DNA of 64,000 nucleotides from Octopus vulgaris (Eukaryota). Below are positions 1 through 13,539 of this stretch, piece after piece; the stretch's first letter is position 1; the number at the start of each line of letters is the position of its first letter. The translations under genes were made by a program, and so were the position numbers. Where the stretch lies: NCBI GenBank assembly GCA_951406725.2, contig OX597837.1, positions 19,592,001-19,656,000 of the forward strand. The letters run 5' to 3'. The notes beneath the pieces were generated by a model. It did not search any database. It worked only from the letters and a program-made list of their open reading frames with translations, and had not been told where the DNA came from.

Positions 1-3
1 CCG

Positions 4-114
4 AGTAAGCACAAAAATGTGAGACAGGGTGGGAAAAAATGTGCTCGAATATTATTAAATCTGCATTTGATTCTCAATCAAAACTGTCCGACGAACATTC
101 TAATATAATTCATC

Positions 115-164
<50 letters not shown>

Positions 165-188
165 TTAATGATGATGATGATGATGATG

Positions 189-225
<37 letters not shown>

Positions 226-245
226 TGATGATGATGATGATGATG

Positions 246-323
<78 letters not shown>

Positions 324-592
324 TATAATAATATAAGAAGAAGAAGAATGATAATAATATAATTGATATATATATATAAATATATACATATAATATATGT
401 GTGTATTTATACACACACACACGCACACACGCACACACACACACACACGCACACACATATATGTATATATATATATATATAGTAATGCACAAAAATGTGA
501 GACAGGGTGGGAAAAAATGTGCTCGAATATTATTAAATCTGCATTTGATTCTCAATCAAAACTGTCCGACGAACATTCTAATATAATTCATC

Positions 593-642
<50 letters not shown>

Positions 643-666
643 TTAATGATGATGATGATGATGATG

Positions 667-706
<40 letters not shown>

Positions 707-726
707 TGATGATGATGATGATGATG

Positions 727-808
<82 letters not shown>

Positions 809-842
809 TAATAATAATAATAAGAAGAAGAAGAATGATAAT
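4..842. repeat. Direct duplication of a ~360-bp block (unique 110 bp plus AAT/GAT microsatellite), copies at ~4-358 and ~481-842
   Basis: gcacaaaaatgtgagacagggtggg...cattctaatataattcatc occurs at ~9 and ~487. Each copy is followed by the same (AAT)n-(GAT)n-(AAT)n-(GAT)n-(AAT)n-agaagaagaagaatg pattern. Confidence 0.9.
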
Positions 843-1473
843 AAAACTAATTGATTGTTGTGTATGCTTATAAATGTAAATATGTATGTACATTATGTGT
901 AAATGTGTGTGTATTTATTTATTTTTATATTTATATTTATATATAACTTAACCTTATGTACTTTCCAAAATCTCTGACGAACCCAAGAGAAACACACAAT
1001 TTCATTTACTTATTACTTCAGTCTGCTGGAGGAATAAAGGTAGAATGAGGTATTTTTGCTCCTTGACTGAAACAGCTGTAAGATATTTTCCCAATTTGTA
1101 TTCCTGTATGTTATATTTTAATAATTACTGGTATCTTTATATATTTTATATGTAAAGTATATGTTATACATGTATGTATATTCTTGTAATTGTCATTTTA
1201 GAGAATAAATAAATAAATTGACATAATATAATGACTAAAAGTTGATGAACCGCCTATTGATCCCCTCCATTTTCTTATTGTTCTATAAATTAATGGTAAA
1301 AATATCTCTTTACCTTCACCCATTTAGTACACTCGGTAATGTAATTGCAATGCAATAAAAATCACTTGTGTATTAATAATTGGGTATTCTACCAACAGTA
1401 TATTGGATAGATATTATCCCTTAGTGGGTTGGATTCACAACCTCTAGCTTTCTTGGAATATATATATATAGCA

Positions 1474-1520
1474 AAAACTGTCTGATGAACGGCAACGAGA
1501 AACTCAGAGTAACAGATTTT
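1474..1520 (+). ncRNA. Minimal type I hammerhead ribozyme motif (PLE-type)
   Basis: ctgt-CTGATGA-acg GCAA cga-GAAA-ctc a gag-TA-acag. Helix I is ctgt/acag (extends aaaa/tttt), helix II is capped by a GNRA loop (closing pair mutated to A.A), and helix III is palindromic. The GUA cleavage triplet is at 1509-1511. Confidence 0.7.
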
Positions 1521-1533
1521 GTTATGCAAATAC

Positions 1534-1583
<50 letters not shown>

Positions 1584-1669
1584 TTATATGTGTATATAGA
1601 TGTATATATATATATCAAAGTATATATATTTTTATATGTATATATATATATATGTGTGTGTGTGTATTT

Positions 1670-1872
1670 GTCTGTGTGTGTCTGTATTTGTATCCCTATC
1701 ATCGCTTGATAACCGATGTTGCTGTGTTTACGTCACCGTAACTTAGCCGTTTAGCCAAACGCAACGATGGAATAAGTACTAGGCGTACAGAGAATAAATC
1801 CTGGGGTCGATTTCTTCAACTAAAGGTGGTGCTCCAGCATGTCCGCAACCACATTACCGAAACAAGTAAACC
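1670..1872 (+). mobile_element. tRNA-derived SINE family A, 3' half
   Basis: Matches the 3' half of the full copy at 32890-33285 (catcgcttgataaccgatg...gaataagtactagg...ggtgctccagcat...gaaacaagtaaa). Confidence 0.85.
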
Positions 1873-1890
1873 AATAAAAAACTGACACAT

Positions 1891-1924
1891 TAACCCCGTG
1901 CAACGCCGGGTATCTCAACCAGTA
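1891..1924 (+). mobile_element. Helitron-like 3' terminus (GC hairpin followed by degenerate CTAG)
   Basis: accccgtgcaacgccgggta is followed by ccagt. The reverse-complement motif tacccggcgttgcccggg is at ~29713-29730. Confidence 0.45.
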
Positions 1925-1933
1925 TATACATAT

Positions 1934-2016
<83 letters not shown>

Positions 2017-2107
2017 CATGTGTGTGCGTGTGTGTGTGTGTTAAATAAAATGAGACAAGAAGGCCAATGCTGTGTAGAATCTTTAGGACCTTTATAGAGA
2101 GAAAGTT

Positions 2108-2157
2108 AGTCTTACAGCTGTTTCTGTGATATTAGGGACATCCCTTCATCAGAGACG
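2108..2157 (-). ncRNA. Minimal type I hammerhead ribozyme motif at a PLE terminus
   Basis: Minus strand reads gtct-CTGATGA-agggatgtccctaatatcaca-GAAA-CAGCTG-TA-agac. Helix I is gtct/agac and helix III is the palindrome acagctgt; helix II is imperfect. Confidence 0.65.
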
Positions 2158-2835
2158 ATGTGAAATGGTTAAATAGAGAAGAATAATAGAGTTCAATAAA
2201 CGGAGTTGTTTTGGAAAGGGATGGAAATAAGAAATATAAAACGAAATAAGGGAATAAAAGTAAAAATAAAAATATATGTGGAATGTTATAGTTGCAGTTC
2301 CATTATCCAAGGAAAGTGGCGTGTAAATGTGGTAGAAATGCTTCTTGCTCATGGTATATAAATTCCGATAGGAGTTCATATTTTTGTCATTGCAAAAGAA
2401 AAGTGTGGAGACGTTGATTTCATGTGCTGTTCTTTCAAATGGGTCTTGTGGTGTGAATGAAATTTTGAGAATGTAGTGATAGTATTAAATAGATAGAGAG
2501 GAAAGAAAAGAGAAAAAATGTGTATGATAAAATGAGGAGAATGGTCAAATGGATTAGGTGAGGAAAGAAGAAAGAAAGAGGAAGAGAAAATGAAAAAGTT
2601 AGTTGGTGGTCGAAATATTACGAGGGGGGATGGGAGAGAAGTAGGGAGATATAGGAAGAGATAAGAATGTAACGAATGAGGAGTGGGAGGAGTGGGAGGT
2701 GGAGTGATATATTTGAAAGGTACTAAGGTGGAGAGATGTGTATAGAAAATGATACAGAATAGGGGTTACTAAAGTGAGTAGCAAATCTCAAAAAGGAAGG
2801 GAAGAATAACAAGATATAATGGTCAAGTTTCTAAA

Positions 2836-3022
2836 ATATGTATGGAATATTTCTATCTTTGAAATGATGTATGTGACTGTGTGACTAGCGAGTGTTGTGG
2901 ATTTACAGTGCTTCTCAAACCTAAAAGAATTGAGATGCGCAGCGTATCATTGTTTAAAATGTCTAGTTGACTCTATATATGTCTGTAGAATTGTGTAACG
3001 TGTTGAGGACGGTGCATTTAAT
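2836..3022 (-). pseudogene. Penelope-like element GIY-YIG endonuclease fragment (second copy of 4548-4730)
   Basis: Close nucleotide similarity to 4548-4730. Translates to ..KCTVLNT..YIEST RHFKQ*YAAHLNSFRFEKH..STTLASH. Confidence 0.8.
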
Positions 3023-3279
3023 GTGATAGTGGGGGGCTGAGGAATCAGGGAGAGAAAGAAGGAAGTATGTATTGATATATGCACGCGCGCACACAGATAC
3101 ATATACATATATATGTGCACTATTATTTGGGCCCGTGTCTTTATGTACTCAAACCATACACATATATGCATGCATATATATACATATATATATATATATT
3201 AATAAATGAAATAAAACATATGCATATATATAAACATATATGTACGTACCTACCTTTACATGTACATATACACGCATAT

Positions 3280-3720
3280 ATGAGTACAGGACACCAAAGG
3301 GACGTCGAACACAAAGAGAAACGAAAACATAGACACAAACCAAAGGAACGGGACATTTTTTTAAAAACAACAAAAAATGGAGTACAGGACAATTAACACA
3401 ACGAAAAAACCCCTTCTTCAGTCGCTAAGGTTTCATCTACCTACGTTTCGAAGGATAAAAGCGAGACGTATCTCCGACAAGAAACTTTCCTTCCTGCGAA
3501 AAGCAAATCAATTAAAATTCTGAGATCTTTTCGCAGAGGGGTAAAAAATGGTAAAATAAATGGTAAAAAAACAGGACAGTAACGACAGTACGAAAATATA
3601 AACAGTAAAAAAATAAACAGTAAAAAAATATAAACAGTAAAAAAAATATAACAGTAAAAGACAGGACAGGGAAAAACAAGATAAGAAGGGCTGTTGACGC
3701 CGAACGAAAAAAGTATTGCA
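3280..3720 (-). mobile_element. PLE-terminal-like repeat, homologous to 59290-59660
   Basis: Shares a hairpin (ctgcgaaaag...cttttcgcag here, ttccgcaaa...tttgcggaa there) and the tcGAAA...CTGANGAaggg arrangement. Flanked by TA microsatellite. Confidence 0.5.
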
Positions 3721-4109
3721 AAGGCAGAATTTTTTGTGAACGACAGGAGAGCAGGAAGAATGTCGTCCAGTTACCTTGAAAGCCAGGCCAAAAAAGACAG
3801 TCAGGGCGGAAGTATCGTCGCGGGTGGACGACGGGAAGGGGGAGGAGGAGCAAGAGGAAGGGAGAGAAGAAGGGGAATGGCTGCAGGAGACCATGAAGAA
3901 TTGTGAGGGGTAGTGAGAGAGTGAAGAATGAGAGAGAGAGGAAGAGACAAGTTAAGTGGGGGAAAAAGAAAATCAAAGAATAGGGATGGGACAGAAAGGT
4001 GAAGAGTGCGCGTGAGAGTTAATATCAAGACAAAAACTTGATATACAGAACAATCTTACTTAAGAGGGTGCGTGCGTTTAGTCATATGATATATTAATAA
4101 ATGAAATAA

Positions 4110-4163
<54 letters not shown>

Positions 4164-4389
4164 CACACCCCCATATATATGCATACACACATACACATGC
4201 ATGCACATATGTATACATGTCCATATATGTATTATTAAACAATTAAAAAATAAGATTGGAGAGTTAAAAAAAAACGGAGACAATGCAAAGTCAAATAGGG
4301 TTGCTGGAGATTACCTAAGGGGTGTTCGGGATACGTACTGTGTGGTGATTTACGTTGCATTTAGTTTTGTGGTAAAATTTGAAGGTATG

Positions 4390-4911
4390 AAAAAAGCGGT
4401 GGTGCATGTACCTAGGGCTTCATTATATATATTTAGTAGTATTGAAGAGTTGGGTTTTAATGTGTGGAATGCCTCTTTTAGGCATAACTTACAGGCTGAG
4501 CGTTGACCCTGGTATGGAAACGTTGAATCTATTATGGACCATGATAAGATGTATGGAATATTACTATTTTTGAGATGATGCATGTGACTGTGTGACTAGC
4601 GAGTGTTGTGGTTTTACTGTGTTTCTCATACCTAAAAGAATTGAGATGGGCAGCGTATCGCTGTTTAAAATTTCTAGTTGACTCTATATATATTTGTAGA
4701 ATTGTGCAAGGTGTTGAGGACGGTGCATTTATATATTACGTTAGACCTTCTGCAACGAGTCTGTAGAGGCAGATGGTCCCAGAGCGGCAGTGACATGGTA
4801 GTGCATTGTGGGGATTATTCTCAGGAATGGAGGAGGTAATACTGTCTAAAGAGAGGTTAGATATGTGGGTAGATTGGTCTATGCTATTAACATTATTACC
4901 ATCATTATTAC

Positions 4912-5001
<90 letters not shown>

Positions 5002-5330
5002 TACTATTTCTATCATTGTTGTTATTTACCATGTCTGTAATAGTGCTGGATGTTGGGGTAGTAGTAGTCTGGTTAGTGTTTGTGGGATTGGTTGGGTTTT
5101 CATTGTGGTCTAATATATGGGGTTTGGTATGGGAGCAATGCATGTGTTGGGCGCTCGTGTATTCAGAGTTGCTACAGTGTGAGTTTTGATAATAAAGAGG
5201 AAATTTTCGTCTATTAGAGGATGTTATGTTGGGTGGGGAGGAGTAGGATAGCTTTAAGGTAGATCTATTAATGATAGAGCAATATTTATGTTGACGAGGG
5301 AAGTTGGAGCCCAGTATATTATATATATAC
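4390..5330 (-). pseudogene. Penelope-like element 3' remnant: linker, Cys motif and GIY-YIG endonuclease (frameshifted)
   Basis: Translates to NFPRQHKYCSIINRSTLKLSYS; PCHCRSGTIC; IYKCTV...NFKQRYAAHLNSFRYEKHSKTTTLASH; HLKNSNIPYILSWSII...CKLCLKEAF...ILLN..EALGTC. These motifs are typical of Penelope/Poseidon ORFs. Confidence 0.9.
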
Positions 5331-5524
5331 ACACGTAAATGTCGAACGATGAAAGTGAGTACTCAGTACCGAATTGGTGGATAGTATTTCTTTATTTCTG
5401 TATTAAGTCTCCTATTGGTTTCATGTTAAGAAAAATAGAAAAATATCTTAATATCTAAACAGTTTTTCAAGCCGATCACATGAAGGAATGGTGTTTGTCT
5501 CCATTTTGGATGAAAACTCTGTTC

Positions 5525-5750
5525 TGTGTGTGTGTGTGTGTGTGTTTGTCACCCACCACCGTTTGACAACCGGTGTTGGTGTGCTGACGTCTCCATAATG
5601 TAGCGGTGCGGTAAAAAGGTTCGATGTAATAAAAGTAGAAGGCTTAGAAAAAGAAAAAAAAGATCAATTCGTCTAAAAAGATTCATTCATCAAAAACTTT
5701 TTCAATGCGGTGCTCCAGCATGACCGCAATCTCATGACTGAAACAAGTAA
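5525..5750 (+). mobile_element. SINE family A, degraded 3' half
   Basis: ttgacaaccggtgttggtgtg...gcggtgctccagcatgaccgca...tgactgaaacaagtaa. Confidence 0.75.
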
Positions 5751-6626
5751 GCGGTAAATAGGTACCAGTTACTCATGACATTTTTCATAAGAAGTTGTGA
5801 ACAGCTTACTCTCTCTCTCTCTCTCTCTGTCCCTTTCTCCTCCCCATCCTCTCTCCCTGGCTCTCCCTCTTTCTCTCTCTCTATCTTCCGAAGAAAAGGA
5901 AAAACAGGTGAAAATAAGGAGACACTCCTGATAAGCTGGCAGCCACCAGGCGAAACAAATCGAGTTGTTCTTCAAAACGGACCTGAAGAGGTGGCACTAT
6001 GGAAGATGGGATGTGTGCGTGTGTAAGCGTGAGCGTGTGTAAGTATATGTGTGTGTGTAAGTGTATGTGTGTATGAGTGTGTGTGTGTGTGTGTATATGT
6101 AAGTGTGTGTGTGTGTGTGTGTATGAGAGAGTACGTGTGTGCGTGTGTGTGTATTTGCATGAGAAAGAGAAAGGGACAAAGAGATTGAGTGTGATGAGCG
6201 AGAAAATGAGAGATAGAGAGTAAGGAAGAAAAGCAGTAGGATAGAGGGAGGCTGGATGGAAGGAATGAGTGGAGCATTAAGATTGAGTGGGGCTCTTTGA
6301 AAAGTGAGTGAGAGTAAGATAGAAGCAATGAGGTTGAGTGAGAATGAGAGCGAGCAGGGATGGAAGAGAGAAGGTGTGAGAGGGAAGTGAAGATGGGAAA
6401 GAGAGAGTAAAGATGCGAGGATGAGATGGAGTGGAGAGTGTGGAAGAGAGGGAGACGAAGGAGAGAGAAGGAAATACAGAAGGATAGAGGAGAGAGAGAC
6501 TGAGAGAGAGGGAAAGAGACAGAAGGAGAGAGGAGAAAGAGAGAGCTAGAGGAAAAAGTGGGAGATAGAGACAGAGGAGACAGATAAACAGAAAGCTAGA
6601 GACAGAGATTGACAGAGATAAAGAAA

Positions 6627-6660
<34 letters not shown>

Positions 6661-7132
6661 AGAAAGAGATAAGCAATAAGAAAGAGAAAGAAATAGCGAC
6701 AGAGAGATAGAGGAGGGAGAATGAGGGGGAGAGACGGGAAGAGAGAAAGCTGTAAACAAGAGAAAAGAAAAAGCGGGGGAGGGTAAAAATTTAGGGAAGA
6801 GCTGAAGAGCCTCGTTGGTGGTGGTGGGAGAATGCAAATGTGTGGAGGAAGAAGGGGGAGGGGGAGGTAGAGGTGTGAATGGATTTGTGGAAATGATTCA
6901 TGGTACGTGTATGTGTGTAGCAGTGGATTATTGTATGTGTGTGTGTGTGTGTGTGTGTGTGCGACTGTATGAGGGCATATGAATGTGTGCGTGTGTGGTG
7001 GATGTGTGAGTGCGCGTTTATAACTATAAGTAAACATCTACTAATAAATACCCTCACAATTTATATAATTTCATATCATACAAATGTACATGTAACACGC
7101 ATACGCATGCGCATACACGCAAACATATACAT

Positions 7133-7163
<31 letters not shown>

Positions 7164-7227
7164 CATATATATATATGTAAGTATGTATATTTGTATGTAT
7201 ATATATATATATATGTAAATACCTACA

Positions 7228-7310
<83 letters not shown>

Positions 7311-7581
7311 AGATAGGTGGATAGATAGACAGACAGACAGATAGATAGAAAGATAGATAGATAGATAGATAGATACGGATATATAGATATATGGTTAAAA
7401 CACATGCTTTGTAGACACGTGTTTCTAGATTCGATCTCGCCTCCTGGTATATTGAGCAAATGTTTACTACCTTAGCCTCGGGCTGGTTTGATACCTTTCC
7501 AATAAAATTTAGAAGACAGAAACTGTATATAACTATCTACCTACGTATATATTATATATATATAATATCTATCTGATATGC

Positions 7582-8019
<438 letters not shown>

Positions 8020-8024
8020 CATAC

Positions 8025-8086
<62 letters not shown>

Positions 8087-8087
8087 G

Positions 8088-8244
<157 letters not shown>

Positions 8245-8706
8245 TGTATGTATAAGCATGCGCGTGCGATGTGACATATCTATAAGTACAACTGTGTGCG
8301 CATACATTTCAGTGCTTGTGTACGCGTGCGAGGCATAATATGTTGTGCCTCATTACGTATACAACCGAATGCGTTTGCGTATTTCTATTGTTGGTGTATT
8401 TCGTGTCTGTGTGTCAACGACTACGTTTATGAATGTAGACTTGTTTATCTGGATCTCAGTAGATATTATACGGGTGCATGTATGTGTACATATATAGTCA
8501 CATGTGTGTTCGCTGACGATGTACATTGTGTGTATGTATGTATGTCCGTATGTATGTATGTATGTATGTATGTATGTATGTATGTATGTATGTGTGTATG
8601 TATGTATGTATGTATGTATGTATGTGTGTATGTATGTATGTATGTATGTATATATGTGTGTATGTATGTATGTATGTATGTATGTTTGTATGTATGTATG
8701 TATGTA

Positions 8707-8737
<31 letters not shown>

Positions 8738-9578
8738 ATGTATGTATGTATGTGTGTGTGTATGTATGTATGTATGTGTGTGTGTAATGTTTTTAATGTA
8801 GGGAATATATGTAACGTATGCAAGAAATATAATGTGTATGTTTGTATGCATTAGTGTGTGTGCGCACGTGTACTTGGTCTGTGTATGTGTGTATGCGTGT
8901 GCGTGAGCGCATGTATGTGTGTGTGTGTGTGTGTGTGTGCGTATGTGTGTGCGTATGTGTTTACGATGCATAAGTCGATTGAAATTGAAACCGTGACAGT
9001 CGCGTGCAAAACAAAAACAGGAATTTGAATTGATGAACGAAAACCTTGTGCTGAATGGGAGTAGGAGTGCCGGTGGCAGTTGAGGTGGGAGGAGATGAAT
9101 GAATGAGGGAGGGGAAGGATAGCTGCAATGAATGGAAGTGGTGGTGGTGGTGTTGGTGGTAGTGGTAGTGGGAGTTAACGGGGTGGGGGTGAACTAAGCA
9201 TTATATGTGTTGTGGTGAAGGTAAGAGGGCTGGGAGGAGTTGGGTTCTGCATGGAAAGAGGGGAGTGGAGGAGGAGGAGGAGGGGGAGAGATTTTTGTGA
9301 TGTAGGAAACTGTGTTAGTGGTGTTGATGGGGAACTTGAATGGAAGTGGTAGTGGTAGGAGGTGAGGTTGAATTGTAGTTGTGGCTGCAGTAGGAGGAGA
9401 AGGGGGGGAAAAGAGGTTTTCAATGAATGAATGATTTGGTTGTTAATTCGTAGTGGATGGTGGAGGTGGTGATGGTGGTAGTGGTGGTGGTAGAGGAGGA
9501 GGAGGAAGCTTTCGTAGTAGTGATGGTGGTAGTGATGCTGCAGGTAGTAGTAGTAGTAGTAGTATTAGTACACGTTGT

Positions 9579-9785
9579 TTAGCCCCAGTTAGCTCTGAAA
9601 CCCATAAACCTATGATCAAAGACATTCCAGCCGTGCCCCTTCCGTCAGTTTCCTATTTACATTGAACCCACGGCTACATTAAACCAAAGGGTCCTTTCTA
9701 AACACCTTTGCCGTTGACTGTAATTTGATGGAGATTTGGCTGCCATTTCTAGCTAACCAAACAACTATGTAGAGACTCCCGTTGT
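9579..9785 (-). mobile_element. Short retroposon family F (minus strand ends ctggggctaaacaac)
   Basis: ttagccccag...ctatgatcaaagacattccagcc...tttggctgccatttctagc...gtagagactccc. The same motifs recur at 10364 and in 16370-18180. Confidence 0.7.
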
Positions 9786-10059
9786 GATTGCTGACGGTAG
9801 TATGTGCAGCAGTTGTAGCAGTGGTGTTGATCGTTTGAAGAATTTGTAGTTAGTGTAAATGTAATGCTTAGGTAGTGGTTGATAGTGGTTGTAGGAATGT
9901 TAACGTTTCAGAAGTAGTATGTGGGTGTGGTGATGGTGGTGGTGGTAGGGAGTTTGTGGTGGTATCGGGGAAATGGTGGCGGCTGTCATGGTCACAATAA
10001 TTGTGGTGATGGATTGATAAGTGTTAGTGTGGTAGTAATAGTAGTAGCAGCAGCAGTAA

Positions 10060-10099
<40 letters not shown>

Positions 10100-10202
10100 T
10101 CTTGTTGTTGTAGTAGCAGTAGTAGCAGTAGTAGTAGTAGTAGTAAGTGAAGGTGCGTGGGCGGTGGTGGTGGTGACAATGATAATAGTAAAGGTAGCAA
10201 TT

Positions 10203-10235
<33 letters not shown>

Positions 10236-10363
10236 AGGTTGATATTGTGTAGGTTTATGGTGATCGTTGTGGTGTTGGTGTTGGTAGTGGCAGTGGTGGT
10301 GGTAGCAGTGGTGGTGGTAGTGGTGGTACTCGTAGTTAGTAATGGTTAGTGTTAGAATGTAGT

Positions 10364-10565
10364 TTAGCCCCAGATCAGTCCCATATCAAACACGTATGAT
10401 CACAAGCAATCCAGCCATAACCACCCTGCCATTTTTCCGACGTGCAGGATACCCCAAGAACAAATATTCCCTCTGTGCATTCATCGTAGAGAATACGGTG
10501 TCATTTGGGGAATATTTGGTTGTTATTTCTAGCATATCGAGCGACCTCATAGAAACTCGCTCAAC
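10364..10565 (-). mobile_element. Short retroposon family F
   Basis: ttagccccag...tatgatcacaagcaatccagcc...tttggttgttatttctagcatatcgagcgacc. Confidence 0.7.
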
Positions 10566-10601
10566 AGCTCAAGTCTGTTGTAGGCTGGTTGTTATTTTTA
10601 T

Positions 10602-10848
10602 TGAGTGGATTTGGTAGACGGAAACTGAAAGAAGCCCGTCGTATATATATAAATATGAATATATATTTGTGTGTGTGTGAGTGCGTGTTTGTCTCCCACC
10701 ACCCTGTAACTTAGCTATTCGGCAAAGGAAACTGATAGAATAAGTCCCAGGCTTTTAAAAGCATTGAATACTTGTGTCGATTCATTCAACTAAAATTTCA
10801 CCAAGGTTGTGCCCCAGCATGGCCACAGTCTAATGACTAAGACAAGTA
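10602..10848 (+). mobile_element. SINE family A, 5'-truncated
   Basis: gagtggatttggtagacggaaactgaaagaagcccgtcg...gccccagcatggccacagtc. Confidence 0.85.
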
Positions 10849-10882
10849 TGTATACATACACACATACACGCATAAACGTATA

Positions 10883-11020
10883 TCCTTTTAGCGTTTTACT
10901 TCTTTTAGTCAATTTGACTGCGGCCATACTGGAGCACCACTTTAGTCGAAGAAATCGACCCCAGGACTTATTCTTTGTAAGCCTATTACTTATTCTGTCG
11001 GACAATTTTGCCGAAACGCT
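10883..11020 (-). mobile_element. SINE family A 3' fragment, tail-to-tail with the previous copy
   Basis: tttgactgcggccatactggagcacc...atcgaccccaggacttattctttgtaagcc. Confidence 0.85.
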
Positions 11021-11048
11021 ATATATATATATATGCATATATATGCAT

Positions 11049-11086
<38 letters not shown>

Positions 11087-11256
11087 GCACGCATATATAT
11101 ACATATATGTATACATAAATATATACATCAGCCGAAATTACTACGATGATCCGGTTCTTGACTGAAGACTGAGGGTTTCGAATGTCCTGTCCGTGTTTAT
11201 TGTATCGTCTTCTAAGAGTTATACGTTCTTGTCCATGTTGTATTTTTCTACATACC

Positions 11257-11297
<41 letters not shown>

Positions 11298-11451
11298 GTA
11301 CATAAATATATGCATATACATATATATACATATATACATATATGAATATATATATGTATATGCACACACACACACACACACACAATATATATATATATAC
11401 ATATATATATACATACATACATATATATATATATACATACATATATATACA

Positions 11452-11522
<71 letters not shown>

Positions 11523-11550
11523 GTGCGTCTGTGTGTGTGTGTCCATAGAA

Positions 11551-11590
11551 AACTCTGACGAAGGTGAGCAGACCAAAACTTCGAAGTCAC
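11551..11590 (+). other. Decayed hammerhead-like motif
   Basis: CTGACGA-a ggt gagcag acc-aAAA-CTTCGAAG-TC. Helix II and the palindromic helix III are present, GAAA is mutated to AAAA, and there is no helix I partner. Confidence 0.45.
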
Positions 11591-11708
11591 CGTCGATCCT
11601 TTACGTGTAAAAGTTGATAATCACACACGCGATATGTAACTGTGTGTGTATATAACATATATTTAATATATATGCGTATGTATGTATGCGCGCTCGACTT
11701 GCATGCGT

Positions 11709-11745
<37 letters not shown>

Positions 11746-12579
11746 TGTGTGTGTGTGTGTGTTTATGAATTTTGCGCGGTAGTAGTGCTTAGGCCTGGAA
11801 AGGTGTCGGTGGCGGTGTTGGTGTTGGTGGTAATGATATCTCAGCAGCAATGATGATGTTAATGACGACGACGACGACGACGACGTTGACGACGACAACG
11901 ACAACGATGTTGACGATGATGATGATGACGATGATGATGATGATGATGGAGTCTGCAGGATAATAACGGAGTGTGTTTGTTGTGGGGGAGGGGGGGAGTG
12001 GCGTTGGCGGTGTTAGTTTCCAGCTGATTCATGAAGCTTTTAGTCGAGCATAGGAGGTGTGTGGGTGGGGCGTGTGAGTCAGTGGTGGCGGCGGTGGTGG
12101 AAGAGTGAGGGCAGGCGAACGGAGAGCAAGGAGAGGAGAGGAGAGGAGAGAGAGAGGGAGAGAAGGAGAGCGAGAGAGTGAGGAGGGTGGGTATGTGTGT
12201 GTGAGAAGTGGGGCGATGGGTGGGTGTAGGTGTGCTTTGGGATGTTGTAAACAACTTAGACTGACGTGTACTTTTGTATGTGTGTGTGTGTGTGTATGTG
12301 TGTGTATGTGTGTGTATGTGTGTGTATGTGTGTGTATGTGTGTGCGTTGGTGTTTCTGTTACATTGTCTACCTCTGTATGATGTTTGTGTATGTATACAC
12401 GTATGTATGTATATATGTACGTACACATTTTTGTACGCATATATGTATATATGTAAATAAACATATATGTATATGTGTATGATTTTGTGTGTGTAAGTGT
12501 GAGTATATGTGTATGCATGTATACGTACCTGTTTATATACCTATGTATGTATGAATGCCTATGTATATATATATATATC

Positions 12580-12612
<33 letters not shown>

Positions 12613-12846
12613 ATGTATGGACAAACTTTTCGTTGTGTATGGAATTCTGTCAATTCGTGAGAAGGTTTGTGAAGTGTATATCTAAGTGTTTGTATTAGCA
12701 TTTATATAATCCTGTGTGTGTGCGTATATCTATATACACAGGTATGTATACGTGTAAACATGTATGTATATGGGTATACGTTTATCGCTGCATGCATGTG
12801 TATTTTCTTACAACCTTACATTCATTCATTTCAATAGATAAGCAGT

Positions 12847-12905
<59 letters not shown>

Positions 12906-12999
12906 CGCATATATATGTGTATATATATATATATATACATGTACGCGCAAATGTATCTTTATACATGTATGCGTATATATAAATTTATACACATACAAA

Positions 13000-13032
<33 letters not shown>

Positions 13033-13119
13033 GTATACATACACACACACACACACACATACACACATACATACATCCATAATCCATACACATATATATA
13101 TAGCTGGAATTTACATGTA

Positions 13120-13168
<49 letters not shown>

Positions 13169-13315
13169 TCACACACAGACATGTATACACTTTCATGAAT
13201 GAACATAAATGTTTAAATGAATGAATGAATTTATTTTGTTGTCTGTGAGTGTATATCTTCTTTGCATATATGCGTGTGTGTGTTTGTGTTTAACGTAGTG
13301 ATTCTGTTCTAATGG

Positions 13316-13385
<70 letters not shown>

Positions 13386-13539
13386 CTGAATGGGTAAGAA
13401 TTCCTCTTCCAATCATAGGGACTCGAGCCCGGTCAATGTCCATGCAGAGAGTTACTGCCTTTGTTTTACCACCCAACTGCGTGTGTGTACCTGCGCCTGC
13501 CTGTGTGCGTGTATGTGTATTAATCGAAGTGTATAGTAT

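Noticed and set aside
971-1010. CTGACGA...GAAAC hammerhead-like match
   Set aside because: No convincing helix I, II or III pairing.
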